A stretch of 64,000 nt of DNA. Origin: Candidatus Obscuribacteraceae bacterium. Lineage in GTDB: Bacteria > Cyanobacteriota > Vampirovibrionia > Obscuribacterales > Obscuribacteraceae. A program made the position numbers and the translations under genes. Positions within the stretch are counted from its first letter, which is position 1, and every line of letters begins with the position of its first letter. The DNA lies in contig JBGASG010000002.1 of NCBI GenBank assembly GCA_044229845.1, positions 608,001-672,000 on the forward strand, written 5' to 3'. The notes under the pieces are model-generated. The model did no database searches. It saw only the letters and a program-made list of their open reading frames with translations, and had not been told where the DNA came from. This document shows, piece by piece, positions 48,259 to 59,100 of the stretch.

Positions 48259-49227
48259 CTAGAGGTGTGTGATGCCGCGGTCGATCAGGTTCTGAATTGC
48301 ATCCTGCCATTCAGGAAAAGTCTCGAAGCCTGGACCAGTTTCGATCAGTCCATTGGCACCGATTTGAAGCCGAAGTCCTTTAAGGAGAACTTGCTCCAAA
48401 TGCGGTGGCATGTCCGCAACTATTTCTGCGGGTCGCCGGATGTTCACAATCGGACTGAGGAAGTATTGTCCAACGTTTTCGTATCGCTTGGCCCAGGCCC
48501 GGACACTGTCCCCGGTGGCCGGCGAGCCCGCATCGTCGGGCATAAGCATCGGATGTTGTTTGCAAGCCACCTCCCACAGAATGATTCCAAACGCCAGCAA
48601 GTCATCCGGCTTCAAGAGGGGATAGTAAATTGGAGTCGTCAGTGCACAATCGAGCCCCTGTCCTTCATCGCAGTGAAGTGGTCCGAACCAGCCCGGGTCG
48701 ATGAGCCTGGGTGGCTGATCATCGACGAATATGTGCTCGGGCTTTAGGTCGCCATGATACTCACCAGCGTTTCTTGATTGATACTTGCTCAATAATCCGA
48801 AAAGCTGCACAAACGAACTTACAGGGACTCGCTCCGCTCGATTCAATAGCTCTCGAATTGTCGGCGCCTCGATAACATCCATGGGATACATGGGAAGCCC
48901 CTGTCGCACTTCATAGTGTGAAATCCACGGGTAACAGCCGTAGTAGCCGTATTGCATCGACCGATTCTGCAAAGATAGAACCAGTGCCGTGTCGGGATGG
49001 ACAGTGATTACTGCACCCTCAGTGATGGCATGAGTTCGAGTTTGAAACTGTGACTTTACTGTAGTTGTCCGATCAAGTTCCTTGGCGATTTTCACGGCTA
49101 CTCGAGTACCGTCATTTTGGTTTTCTGCCAGGAAGATCCGCGAATAGGTTCCATCGGCAATTTCTGCTTTGCAGACAAAATTGCCAACGAGCTGCAATCC
49201 GACTAGTGTTTCTGATGCTTTTAGCAT
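48259..49227 (-). CDS. Atypical protein kinase-like paralog K5
   Basis: IADGTYSRIF, VAVKIAK, HGDLKPEHI, IDPG, TTPIYYP, DLLAFGIILWE. Confidence 0.85.
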   Translation of the reverse strand: MLKASETLVGLQLVGNFVCKAEIADGTYSRIFLAENQNDGTRVAVKIAKELDRTTTVKSQFQTRTHAITEGAVITVHPDTALVLSLQNRSMQYGYYGCYPWISHYEVRQGLPMYPMDVIEAPTIRELLNRAERVPVSSFVQLFGLLSKYQSRNAGEYHGDLKPEHIFVDDQPPRLIDPGWFGPLHCDEGQGLDCALTTPIYYPLLKPDDLLAFGIILWEVACKQHPMLMPDDAGSPATGDSVRAWAKRYENVGQYFLSPIVNIRRPAEIVADMPPHLEQVLLKGLRLQIGANGLIETGPGFETFPEWQDAIQNLIDRGITHL

Positions 49228-49228
49228 G

Positions 49229-50197
49229 CTAGATGTGTGTGAGGCCGCGGTCGATTAGGTTTTGAATTGCGTCCTGCCATTCGGAGAAACTGCCGAAGCC
49301 TGGACCAGTTTCGATTAGTCCGTTGGCCCCAACCTGAAGCCGCATGCCTTTGAGGAGCGTCTGCTCCAAATGCGGTGGCATGCCTGGAATCAGTTCGGCA
49401 GGTCGTCTGATATTCACAATCGGGCTCAGGAAGTATTGCCCGACGTTTTCGTATCGCTTTGCCCAAGCTCGGACACTATCCCCGATGGCCAGCGAGCCCG
49501 CATCTTCGGGTATCAAGAACGGATGCTGTTTGCAAGCCACCTCCCACATCAGAATTCCAAGCGCTAGAGAGTCATCCGGTTTCATCAGCGGATAGTAAGC
49601 TGGTGTACTGAGTACACAGTCAAGCCCCTCTCCCTCGCGACAATTCAGAGGTCCAAACCATCCTGGATCAATGAAACGGGGCGGACCCTCCGTAACGAAT
49701 ATGTGTTCTGGCTTCAGATCGCCATGCCATCTATCGGACGCCTCGATCTGTTGCCTAGCCATCAGCTTGAACAACTTTGCAAAAAACCCGAGCGAGATCG
49801 ATTCCCCTCTATCCAAGACTTGTCGAATTGTGGGCGCTTCAAGAAAGGCTAGAGGATACATAGGAAGTCCCTGCCGCACTTCGTAGCGCTCAATCCATGG
49901 ATAGCAGCCATAGTATCCGTATTGCATCGAATGATTTTCCAACGCAAGAACCAGCGCTGTGTCCGGATGGACATCGAGTACACCACCCTCAACTACGGCG
50001 TAGGTGCGAGTTTGAGAGTGCGACCGTGCTCCAGTAGGTCCTTCAAGTTCTTTGGCGACTTTCACGGCAACCCTATCATCATCGCGCTCGTTCTCCGCCA
50101 GAAATATGCGAGAGTACATCCCGTCAGCAATTTCAGCCTTAACGACATAATTGTCGACGACTTCCAATCCGACTAGTGTCTCTGAGGCTTTTAGCAT
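49229..50197 (-). CDS. Atypical protein kinase-like paralog K4
   Basis: Start MLKASE at 50197 by paralogy; VAVKVAK, HGDLKPEHI, IDPG. Confidence 0.85.
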   Translation of the reverse strand: MLKASETLVGLEVVDNYVVKAEIADGMYSRIFLAENERDDDRVAVKVAKELEGPTGARSHSQTRTYAVVEGGVLDVHPDTALVLALENHSMQYGYYGCYPWIERYEVRQGLPMYPLAFLEAPTIRQVLDRGESISLGFFAKLFKLMARQQIEASDRWHGDLKPEHIFVTEGPPRFIDPGWFGPLNCREGEGLDCVLSTPAYYPLMKPDDSLALGILMWEVACKQHPFLIPEDAGSLAIGDSVRAWAKRYENVGQYFLSPIVNIRRPAELIPGMPPHLEQTLLKGMRLQVGANGLIETGPGFGSFSEWQDAIQNLIDRGLTHI

Positions 50198-50198
50198 G

Positions 50199-51170
50199 CT
50201 AAAGATGTGTGATGCCACGGTCGATCAAGTTCTGAATTGCGTCCTGCCATTCAGGAAAACTCTCGAAGCCTGGTCCAGTTTCAATCAGTCCATTGGCACC
50301 AATTTGAAGGCGTAGTCCTTTAAGGAGAACTTGCTCCAAATGCGGTGGCATGTCCGCAACTATTTCTGCGGGTCGCCGGATGTTCACAATCGGACTTAGG
50401 AAGTATTGCCCAACGTTCTCGTATCGCTTTGCCCAGGCTCGAACACTATCCCCAACGACCCGCGGGTCCGCATCGTCGGGCATAAGCATCGGATGCTGTT
50501 TGCAAGCCACCTCCCACATCACTATTCCGAACGCCAAGAGGTCGTCCGGCTGCAGAAGCGGGTAGTAGATCGGAGTCGTAACGACGCAATCTAGCAGGGT
50601 TCCTTCCGCACAGTTCATCGGAATGAAGCAGCCTGGATCAATCAAAGTTATGTATCGGTCCTCGACTAAGAAAATATGTTCCGGCTTTAAATCCCCATGA
50701 ACCTTGACTGGCGATCGTGTCCTCTGCTTCTCAAGTCGTTCTGCCAGGTTTGCCAAAAAGAGCAGGTCAATCCCTCGTCCTTCATTGAGGCGGCTTCGAA
50801 GAGTTGGCTCGCTGATGAACTGCATAGAATACATCGGCAATTCGTCCTCATCAGAGTACGGACCAACGTCGACGAAAGTCGGATGGTGGCTATATGCAAT
50901 CGCACGCTGTTGCTCGCGGAGAATTTCGGATGTACTCGGATTGACCGGAAGGACAGCGCCTTCGATGATCGTGTAGCAGCGGGTTTGAAAGGGCGAGTAC
51001 ACAGGATTCTCATACTGAGCTTCTTTGGCCACTTTAATGACTTGTCTGTCAGTTTCATCGGAGTGCAATTCTGTGAGGTATAGACGCGAATAAGTTCCAT
51101 CAGCGATGACGCTTTTGACGACATAGCTGCCAGCACGTAAACCGATCAGTGTCTCTGAATCTTTGAGCAT
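50199..51170 (-). CDS. Atypical protein kinase-like paralog K3
   Basis: VIKVAK, HGDLKPEHI, IDPG, TTPIYYP. Confidence 0.85.
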   Translation of the reverse strand: MLKDSETLIGLRAGSYVVKSVIADGTYSRLYLTELHSDETDRQVIKVAKEAQYENPVYSPFQTRCYTIIEGAVLPVNPSTSEILREQQRAIAYSHHPTFVDVGPYSDEDELPMYSMQFISEPTLRSRLNEGRGIDLLFLANLAERLEKQRTRSPVKVHGDLKPEHIFLVEDRYITLIDPGCFIPMNCAEGTLLDCVVTTPIYYPLLQPDDLLAFGIVMWEVACKQHPMLMPDDADPRVVGDSVRAWAKRYENVGQYFLSPIVNIRRPAEIVADMPPHLEQVLLKGLRLQIGANGLIETGPGFESFPEWQDAIQNLIDRGITHL

Positions 51171-51172
51171 AT

Positions 51173-52141
51173 CTATATGTGTGTGATGCCGCGGTCGATC
51201 AGGTTCTTAAGGGCATCTTGCCATTCGAGAAAACCATTGAAGCCCGGTCCAGATTCGATAAGCCCGTTCGATCCGATCTGAAGTCGAAGTCCTGTGAGAA
51301 TCACTTGCTCCAAATATGGTGGCATATCAGGCACCAGTTCGGCGGGTCGTCTTATGTTCCGAAGCGGGCTGAGAAAGTACTGCCCAACGTTTTCGTATTG
51401 CTTTGCCCAGGCATGAACGCTGTCGCCAACGATTCGGGAGTCGCTGTTGTCCGGCATCAACAGCGGGTGTTGCTTGCAGGCGATCTCCCAAAGCATAATC
51501 CCAAATGCTAACGAGTCATCTGGCTTCATGAGCGGGTAATAGATGGCTGTCGTGACAGCGCAATCGAGCTCGCGGCCTTCCTCGCAATTCAATGGATCGA
51601 ATCGTCCCGGAGAAATGAATGCCGAATAGTTGTCCTCCACTGCAAAAATGTGTTCGGGCTTCAGATCGCCGTGGTGGCGAACAATCGACATTCTCTGCTT
51701 TTCGAGATTCTTGCAGACATGGCTGAGCAGACTCATACTGATCGGAATTCCATCATCAAGTAGAGTTCGTAGGGTCGGTACCTTCATGAACTCCATGTTG
51801 TACATTGGAAACCCATGCCTTAATGAGTAGTCGCCAACCGATACGTAGCAGACGGTCGAACTATATCCAATGGCGTACTGCTGTTCTCTGACAACCTCCA
51901 GCGTGCTCGGGTGGACCTCCGTGACGCCGCCTTCGAAAACACTGTAGCACTGTGTTGCAAATGGAGACACGGGCTCTTGCGTACGGTCCATTTCTTTGGC
52001 AACTTTGATGGCTACCAAGTCCTGAGTGATTTGATTTTCGGTCAAGTAAATGCGTGAAAAGGTTCCGTCGGCGATCAATTTTATGACGACATAGTTGCCG
52101 ACAACCTTCAGTCCTATCAGTGATTCCGATGCTTTAAGCAT
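51173..52141 (-). CDS. Atypical kinase-like paralog K2 (predicted pseudokinase)
   Basis: VAIKVAK and HGDLKPEHI, but ISPG at the DFG position. Confidence 0.85.
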   Translation of the reverse strand: MLKASESLIGLKVVGNYVVIKLIADGTFSRIYLTENQITQDLVAIKVAKEMDRTQEPVSPFATQCYSVFEGGVTEVHPSTLEVVREQQYAIGYSSTVCYVSVGDYSLRHGFPMYNMEFMKVPTLRTLLDDGIPISMSLLSHVCKNLEKQRMSIVRHHGDLKPEHIFAVEDNYSAFISPGRFDPLNCEEGRELDCAVTTAIYYPLMKPDDSLAFGIMLWEIACKQHPLLMPDNSDSRIVGDSVHAWAKQYENVGQYFLSPLRNIRRPAELVPDMPPYLEQVILTGLRLQIGSNGLIESGPGFNGFLEWQDALKNLIDRGITHI

Positions 52142-52142
52142 G

Positions 52143-53108
52143 CTAAAGATGTGTAATGCCGCGGTCGATCAGGTTTTGAAGTGCGTCCCGCCATTCGGAG
52201 AAACTCTCGAAGCCTGGACCAGTTTCGATTAGGCCGTTGACACCAACTTGAAGCCGCATTCCTTTGAGAAGCACTTGCTCCAAATGCGGTGGCATACCCG
52301 GCACTAGTTCCGCGGGTCGCCTTATGTTCCGAAGAGGGCTGAGAAAATACTGCCCAACGTTTTCGTATCGCTGTGCCCAAGCTCGCACACTGTCCCCAAC
52401 GACCGACGAGCCCGCATCGTGAGGCATCAACAGGGGATGTTGTTTGCAAGCTATCTCCCAGAGCATAATTCCAAATGCTAACGAGTCATCCGGCTTCATC
52501 AAAGGGTAATAGATGGCTGTCGTGACAGCGCAATCGAGTTCGCGCCCTTCCTCGCAATTCAATGGATCGAATCGCCCAGGAGAAATGAATGCCGAATAGT
52601 TGTCCTCCACGAAAATATGCTCAGGCTTGAGATCGCCGTGGTATTGAACAATCGATACCCCTATTTTTTCGAGTTTCTTGCATATGTAACTGAGTAGAGA
52701 GACGCTGATTGAACTGCCCTCAATCAGCAGTGTCCGAAGAGTCGGCAAGGTTATGAACTCCATATGGTACATTGGAAATCCATGTCTCTCCTCGTAATGC
52801 CCAATCGATATGTAACAATCACTTGGACTGTATCCGATAGCACTCTGCTGTTCCCGCACAACTTCCAGCGTACTCGGGTGAACCTCCACGACGCTGCCTT
52901 CGACGACGTTATAGCATCGCGTTGCAAATGGAGATGTAGGTTCATGTGTGCGGTTCATTTCTTTGGCAACCTTGATGGCTACCAAGTCCTGAGTTTCTTC
53001 ATCTTCCGTCAGATAGATACGCGAAAACGTTCCGTCGGCGATCAATTTCGTGACCACATAATTGCCGACAAACTTGAATCCAATCAGTGTTTCCGATTCT
53101 TTAAGCAA
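52143..53108 (-). CDS. Atypical kinase-like paralog K1 (predicted pseudokinase)
   Basis: TTG start at 53108 ((M)LKESETLIG, matching the paralog N-termini); VAIKVAK, HGDLKPEHI, ISPG. Confidence 0.85.
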   Translation of the reverse strand: MLKESETLIGFKFVGNYVVTKLIADGTFSRIYLTEDEETQDLVAIKVAKEMNRTHEPTSPFATRCYNVVEGSVVEVHPSTLEVVREQQSAIGYSPSDCYISIGHYEERHGFPMYHMEFITLPTLRTLLIEGSSISVSLLSYICKKLEKIGVSIVQYHGDLKPEHIFVEDNYSAFISPGRFDPLNCEEGRELDCAVTTAIYYPLMKPDDSLAFGIMLWEIACKQHPLLMPHDAGSSVVGDSVRAWAQRYENVGQYFLSPLRNIRRPAELVPGMPPHLEQVLLKGMRLQVGVNGLIETGPGFESFSEWRDALQNLIDRGITHL

Positions 53109-53115
53109 GTGGCAC

Positions 53116-56100
53116 CTACTCCAGTCTTCCATCACCGGACACTCGATCTCTCGCTTCAAATCCTTGCTTCCTAGATCTGTGCATCGCAGCTGTCCAATCC
53201 ATTAACACTACTCTTCCTTGAGCATCGCGTCCAAACTGAGTATATTTCATGTCTGCAACTTCGATTCCATCTTTAGCCATTGTTCGGACAAGCTCGTCAA
53301 CGTCCCTCACATCCTGCAGATTTCTCGGGTTGCAGGTTTTGCAAGGCTCTTGCACATATATGAAGCTCTTGGTCGCAGCGATCTCCACTGGCGTAATCTC
53401 CGTTATGGCCCGAGCTTCCCAATAGTTGACTCCAGTCCCAGTCTTTTGATCAAAGTAAGCAAATTCCCTATCCGGCTCCGTCAACTTCAAGAAACCGCCA
53501 TGTTCCAACACTGTACCGTTGTAGACCGACCCGGGCTTCAGGTTCACACAAATAGATTCTCCTCCCAAAAGGATATCGCCTTCCGTTACCTGAAGATTTA
53601 GATATTCAACCTCTTTTGCCAGAGCCCACAGTCTCTTTCGATGAACACCCCTAACGTCTTCCTGCAAACCCGGAATGATTTCTGGCCGCGCCAGTGCTTC
53701 TCTGAGCCAAAGTGAGAGATTCTTCGGTTTTCCATACACAACCTGCGAGCCGATCTCACCGCGGGACTGGAGGAGTTCCTCAAGTCGAGAAGAGAGCCTT
53801 GGGAAACTGGCTGCTCCGTCCGCAGCTTTTTCAAGTGCACTTTCATTGATATCGATCAGGCGGCTATCATCGACGATGCACCATCGATCCCCAATTTTGC
53901 CAAACTCGACCAAGCCTCGATTTTTGCGGAGTTCGAGGTTGTTTTGTTGAGCGAATTCCGTCAGCATATCTATCACGCCACGAGGTGGTGCGCCAGCTTT
54001 CAAATCGACGAACTCTTGGACGTAAACTCGGGCTCGATAGCCGCCTCCTAAATCAACTAACTTAGGCGCCGACAATTGATGCGGTAGATAAGGTAGAGCC
54101 GGAATCGCCTGAAAAGTTGACTCATTGCTGACTTCAATTTTCAGTGTTGACTTGTTCGCGAAGGTCTGTCCATCAACTCGCGTTCCAACAGGTAGATCTA
54201 CCAGAATTGCTCCATTGGAGGCGTGAATATCGGAGCCTCTTACCTTCAAATCGCATTGAGAGAATACTCTGCTGAGCTCGAGAAGATGCCTATCCTCTGG
54301 CAGATGTTGCCACTCGTCCCGACCAAGAAAACTCTCCCTCCCTGCAGACAAATGCAGCAACCAACTCGCAAGTTCTTTTTGTGACTTGCCATCTGGATAT
54401 CGCTCGACAAGGTTCATCTCGGTAAGGAATTTTCGGAGAAGCTCGGAGGGACCTCTCAGCAGATCGCTGAGTTGTTCCACGCCGTACTCCCGAGTGCTCA
54501 ATTTGGCAATAGCCTCAGCTGATATCAGGAACCGCCAATCACAGTCTCGACTTCTCGCTGGAAGTTCCATCACCGAAAATTGGGGTGGTGGTCGCAGTGG
54601 CTCGGGATGTGCTTCGGGCGTTTTGATTCTTTCGACTTTTTCCGCCGGTTGTTCCTGCTGGTTGGAGGAGACACGGTCATGTTCCGGCTTAACAGCAGAT
54701 GCTGGCAGCGCAGGTTTCTCCGCAGTAGAGCGTGGTGGCGCAACCTTCTCCGACACAACCGGCTCAGGTGGAGTCTCGATCTTCACTGGCTCCCGACGCC
54801 CGTGCACCAAGTCATCAAGGTCGTTCACGAACGCGGCGTGATTTCTGACTTTGCCATCAGCTAATTGCTGCATATGAAAGTTGAAGTCTTTGACGACCGC
54901 CTCGTATTCCTTCCAGTTCTTGGTCTTCGCGGCGTTATCCGTGACCTTTGCTGCCAGCCCTTCGAGTCTCTCAACTTGCTGTGGTGTCAGCCCCAGCTCG
55001 GCGCGCACCGAACCGACTCGTCTTGCTTGCGCAAGCAGGCGAACATGGTCTGTAAACTCTATATATGAAGTCGCGTTCTTATCCAGTCTGGCGGCAGCAA
55101 GTTCCGGCAAGTTCCGCAGCAGCTGCTCCGGGCTGACGCGCATGACGACCGCGTCCTTCTTGAAGAGCACCAACTCACCGGAATGCTGATCGCGCGAGCG
55201 AATCTGCCAGCCACTATCAATGGTGCCATCCGGCTTGCGCAGGTGCACGCTCTCGCCGACCTTCAATTGTAATCCGGGATTAGCAGCCAGCAAATCCTTC
55301 TCATTGATGGTCATGGCGCCATCGTGCATGATGGTGACTTTGCCATCCTTGCCGACGGTCTTCACGACAGTCCAACCCGACTCGCCTTCCAGCGCTACGT
55401 TTGCGCCCAGCTCCAGCTTTGCAGGCGACACACCAAACCTGGACTCCGCCGGCATCTGGGACGCTGCCTTATATCTGTCGTGACGCGCCGAGTAGAAGTC
55501 TCCGTGCGTGCCTTGACGGGGATCGTAAATGCGGTCGCCCGACTGCACCCACATGTGGTTGACGGTATTGCTGCCGTCGGCACCATTCCCGGTGACCAGC
55601 CTGAAGTGCGCCTGCGGCAGCAGTTCGTCGCCAAGGAACTTCAGCAAAACAGCTTGCTGTGTGCACGAGCCGGTTCCGCGTTCGATGAACTCACCAAGAT
55701 TGACGCGCTTGCCGCCATTCGCCTTGATGAATTGCATGTAGTTGGCGTCCGCGATGGACTGGACTTTGTCGCCCGGAACCGCGGTTTGCATGAACTTCGA
55801 CTCGACGAATTGAGTCAATCTGGCTTGCTGCTGTTCCGCAGTGAGGTTGTGGTATCTGCCCATGTAGGCGCGTGCTTCATCAAGGGTTTTCTGCAGCACC
55901 TTGTCGTTAGGCAGGTCTACTACCGTCGCGGCAAATGGCGACGAACTGGAACCATCCGCGCTTACATACCTGCCTTTTCCAGCGAGGGTGAATCCCGGCT
56001 GCAGCGGCTCGCCGATTTCGCCCCTGGTTTGCAGCTTGTTGGACTGCGCCCGCGCCTCCGGCATGATCGGCGCCGCATCAGCAGCGACAGGTGAGCCCTT

Positions 56101-59100
56101 GAATGATGAGAGATCGAGTTGGTGCCCTCCTTCCTTCAAGCGGGGACGCAGGTCTACCTTGTCGTTCGGACCAAGAACATAAGGACGATCTGCTACCCAC
56201 TCCTTGCCATTAGCAAATTGGATGACGGTTCCCTTACCTACAATCAACTCTCCGTGAGAGTCTCTGGCGAGCAAGACGTGAGGCGGTTCTATGTGCCCGA
56301 AGAGTTTGCTGGCCAATGCGCTCGTCACGCCGAAGACCTTGTACATCACCGCGCCTTGCACGGCTGACTGCGGCAACGAACTCAACAGGTCATCCGAACT
56401 GACCAATCCGGCCGCTTCCTGCACGGATTCGCCGGCGACATTGGAGAGCGCGGCGCCGGAGGCGTTTCTCAACAGCTGTTCTGCCTCCAGCCTGCTGACT
56501 GCGCCTTGCTTTATATTGGCTTGCAGTTTCTCTAAGATAGCTTTCTCAAGCACAGGATCAACGCCACCATCAACAGTGACCTGCTTGACCAGTTTGTCGA
56601 TGGCATCCTTCGTATGCTTGCCGCCTGCGACAGCCTGTACATCGGTCAGATCCTGAAGTCCCCTGGAGATGATTTTCTCCGCGTCAGGTCTCAGTGCGCT
56701 AACGCCCTTCTGGGTAACGGCTTCCAGCGCGGCTCGCTCTGCAACCTTCTCGCTGATGCGAAACGCTCCGGTCAAGCCGAAGTGTTCCGGTCCCACCACA
56801 GCGAGCGGTCCGACGAGCGCACCTTCTACTCCATACTTGACCAGACCTTCGCGATCAAGTTTGGCGGACTTACCCTCGTACAGCGCGTGCACACCAATAC
56901 TGGTGGCAGCGCCACCGGCGCTGCTCGTTACGAGGAAGCCGATGGTCACCTCCGGCACCAGCAAAGTTGCAGCCATCGTGGCCAGCGTGACGCTGCTATC
57001 TACAAGAGCCTTGGCGGCACCACTCTTGGAGTTGATGTAGTCTTTCTCAGCCTGATAGTACTTGTTGAGCGCTTCATGAAACTCCTGGCGCTGCTTCTCC
57101 GTAACATTCGACTTGCCGTATTTGGCGAGAACACGATCGGCTTCGTCGAGTTTCTCATCGGCAGCGATTTGCGACCGATCCCAGATGCGTTCGTGAACAC
57201 CATCTGCCAGCGAACCGCTCTTATCCGCAACGTGGCGAGCGTCGATCAATTCTTGTTGCGGTGTGACGCCAACGTTAGACAGCAGATTGCGGAACGCGAT
57301 TTGATCCGTCGGTGGCATCTTGTCCAACACGTCCTTGCCCATGTCACGATGTCCATACTTGTTGAAATATGCGTGACTGGCGTCGCGGATCTGGGTTGGA
57401 GTCAAGGTGGACAGATATTCGCGCAGCCCATCCTGACTGTCGCCGGCGCCGACCGCGAAAGCGCGCAAGCGATCTTCCGGGTGCATCGTCTCCAATGACT
57501 TTTCGGGAGGACTCTGCTTCATCATCCGCAGAAGAAACTCTCGTTTCTCGCCCGTACCCAGTAGCTTGTCTTGAACTTCGATGTCTTTCGGGTCAAGCGG
57601 ATGCGGATCGAGCAGGCGTTCTCGGTCTTGGGCTGAGGCTCCCAAAATGTCCTTCATGACACGAGAGTTATCCGGCAGGAGCGTCTCCGAAATGCGGATA
57701 GGTAATCGACCAGTCTGCATGAATGAGTCAAGCAATGTCTGGTGACTTTCCTCCGGGAAGCCTGCGCCAAATGAAACACCATGCATTCGCGATTCCAGAA
57801 CATTTTTCAATTCGGTGTTAAACCTGGCAATTGACTCGGCGTCTTTTCGGGCGGCCGCGTCTTTCTCAGTTGCGGCAGGTTTTTCGGCTACGGTAGGTTT
57901 GGCACCGCGAAAGCGTGAGGGATCCTCATCAAATGCTTTTTCGATATTGGCAAATCCAACCAGACCCTTCTCCCCGTGGAGTTGATCCAATAACACCCTG
58001 TCAAAGGAATTGACCGGCGGCTTGCCGTCCCTGATGTTGCGAAGAACATCTCTGGCAAGTTCTTGTTCTAACCCGGGCTGCAGGTGCTGAGACACCAGGT
58101 TATCCACCGTTGTCCTAAACTTAACGTCCTTCCGATAGTCATCTTGCTCCGACGGTGACATGTGGGCAAGTGCCTCGACCTTTGCAGCCGCCTTGCCATG
58201 ACTGTTGAACACTGAGGCGAACGCGTGATCAAGCAGATTCTCTTCGTTGCGTTTGAAGACGTCGGCGACTTTAACTTCCGTCTTGCGCCCCAGGAGCGCA
58301 TTCTCCCATGCATCAAGCTGAGCCTTGTCGTTAAAACCTGAGGCTTCGTTGAGAGCTTCATGGATATCTTTGTAGTAGCGGCTGATTCGCTGCTCGTAAG
58401 GCTCTTTAGGACCAATACCGCCGGTGGTGAATTCGTGATGACCTTCCTGGAACAGCTTTCTCTCTTCAGGCTCGACATGCGCGATCGCATCTTCGATGAG
58501 CGCCTTGTTAGTGCGAAAGATGCGTCCATTACCTTCGATGCGCGAAGCCAGACTCAGGTGCCCGAACTGTGCATAATCCTGCGCGGTGGAAAGTTCGAGC
58601 GGATCGGTGAACACCTTTTGCAGGCGCTCCATCCCTGCGGGAGTACTGAATTCCTTGCGAGCCTCCGGATTTAGTTGCATCGCCTCCATGAAGATGTCCA
58701 GGCGATGATGTCGCAACCCGATTTCGGCGAGTTGCTTGGCGAAGGTAGGAGGATTGCCTTCCAATTTGTCTTTGCCGTTGAGGAGCACATGGATCGCTTC
58801 CTTAGTGGCAGTCGACAGATGGGGATTATCAAATTTCAGATTTAGTTCGGCAATCTGTTTGGAGTCCAGCTTCTGCAGCGTATGCAGAATAGACTTCTCG
58901 GCGGTTGCGTGATCATGTTCGTCATTGGCGTTTTGCCAGATGTTAAAGCCATGCTGGTCGAGGCGCGAACCAGTATCAGTGACTGTGCCGAGGTTGCGCG
59001 CCAGCGCGCCGGCGAAATCCGCCACGGTGTCGTTGCGATGCAGCACGGCTTGCAATTCTGCGACAGCCTCCTGATTGCCCTTCAGCTTGTCAGCGATGTC

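Noticed and set aside
48259..53108. Diversity-generating retroelement as the source of paralog variation
   Set aside because: No reverse transcriptase in the window, and differences between copies are not adenine-specific and include many synonymous changes
53109..53159. 17-aa N-terminal extension of K1 overlapping the giant gene (and the 7-aa extension of K4)
   Set aside because: All paralogs begin MLKxSE, so the true starts are most likely 53108 and 50197
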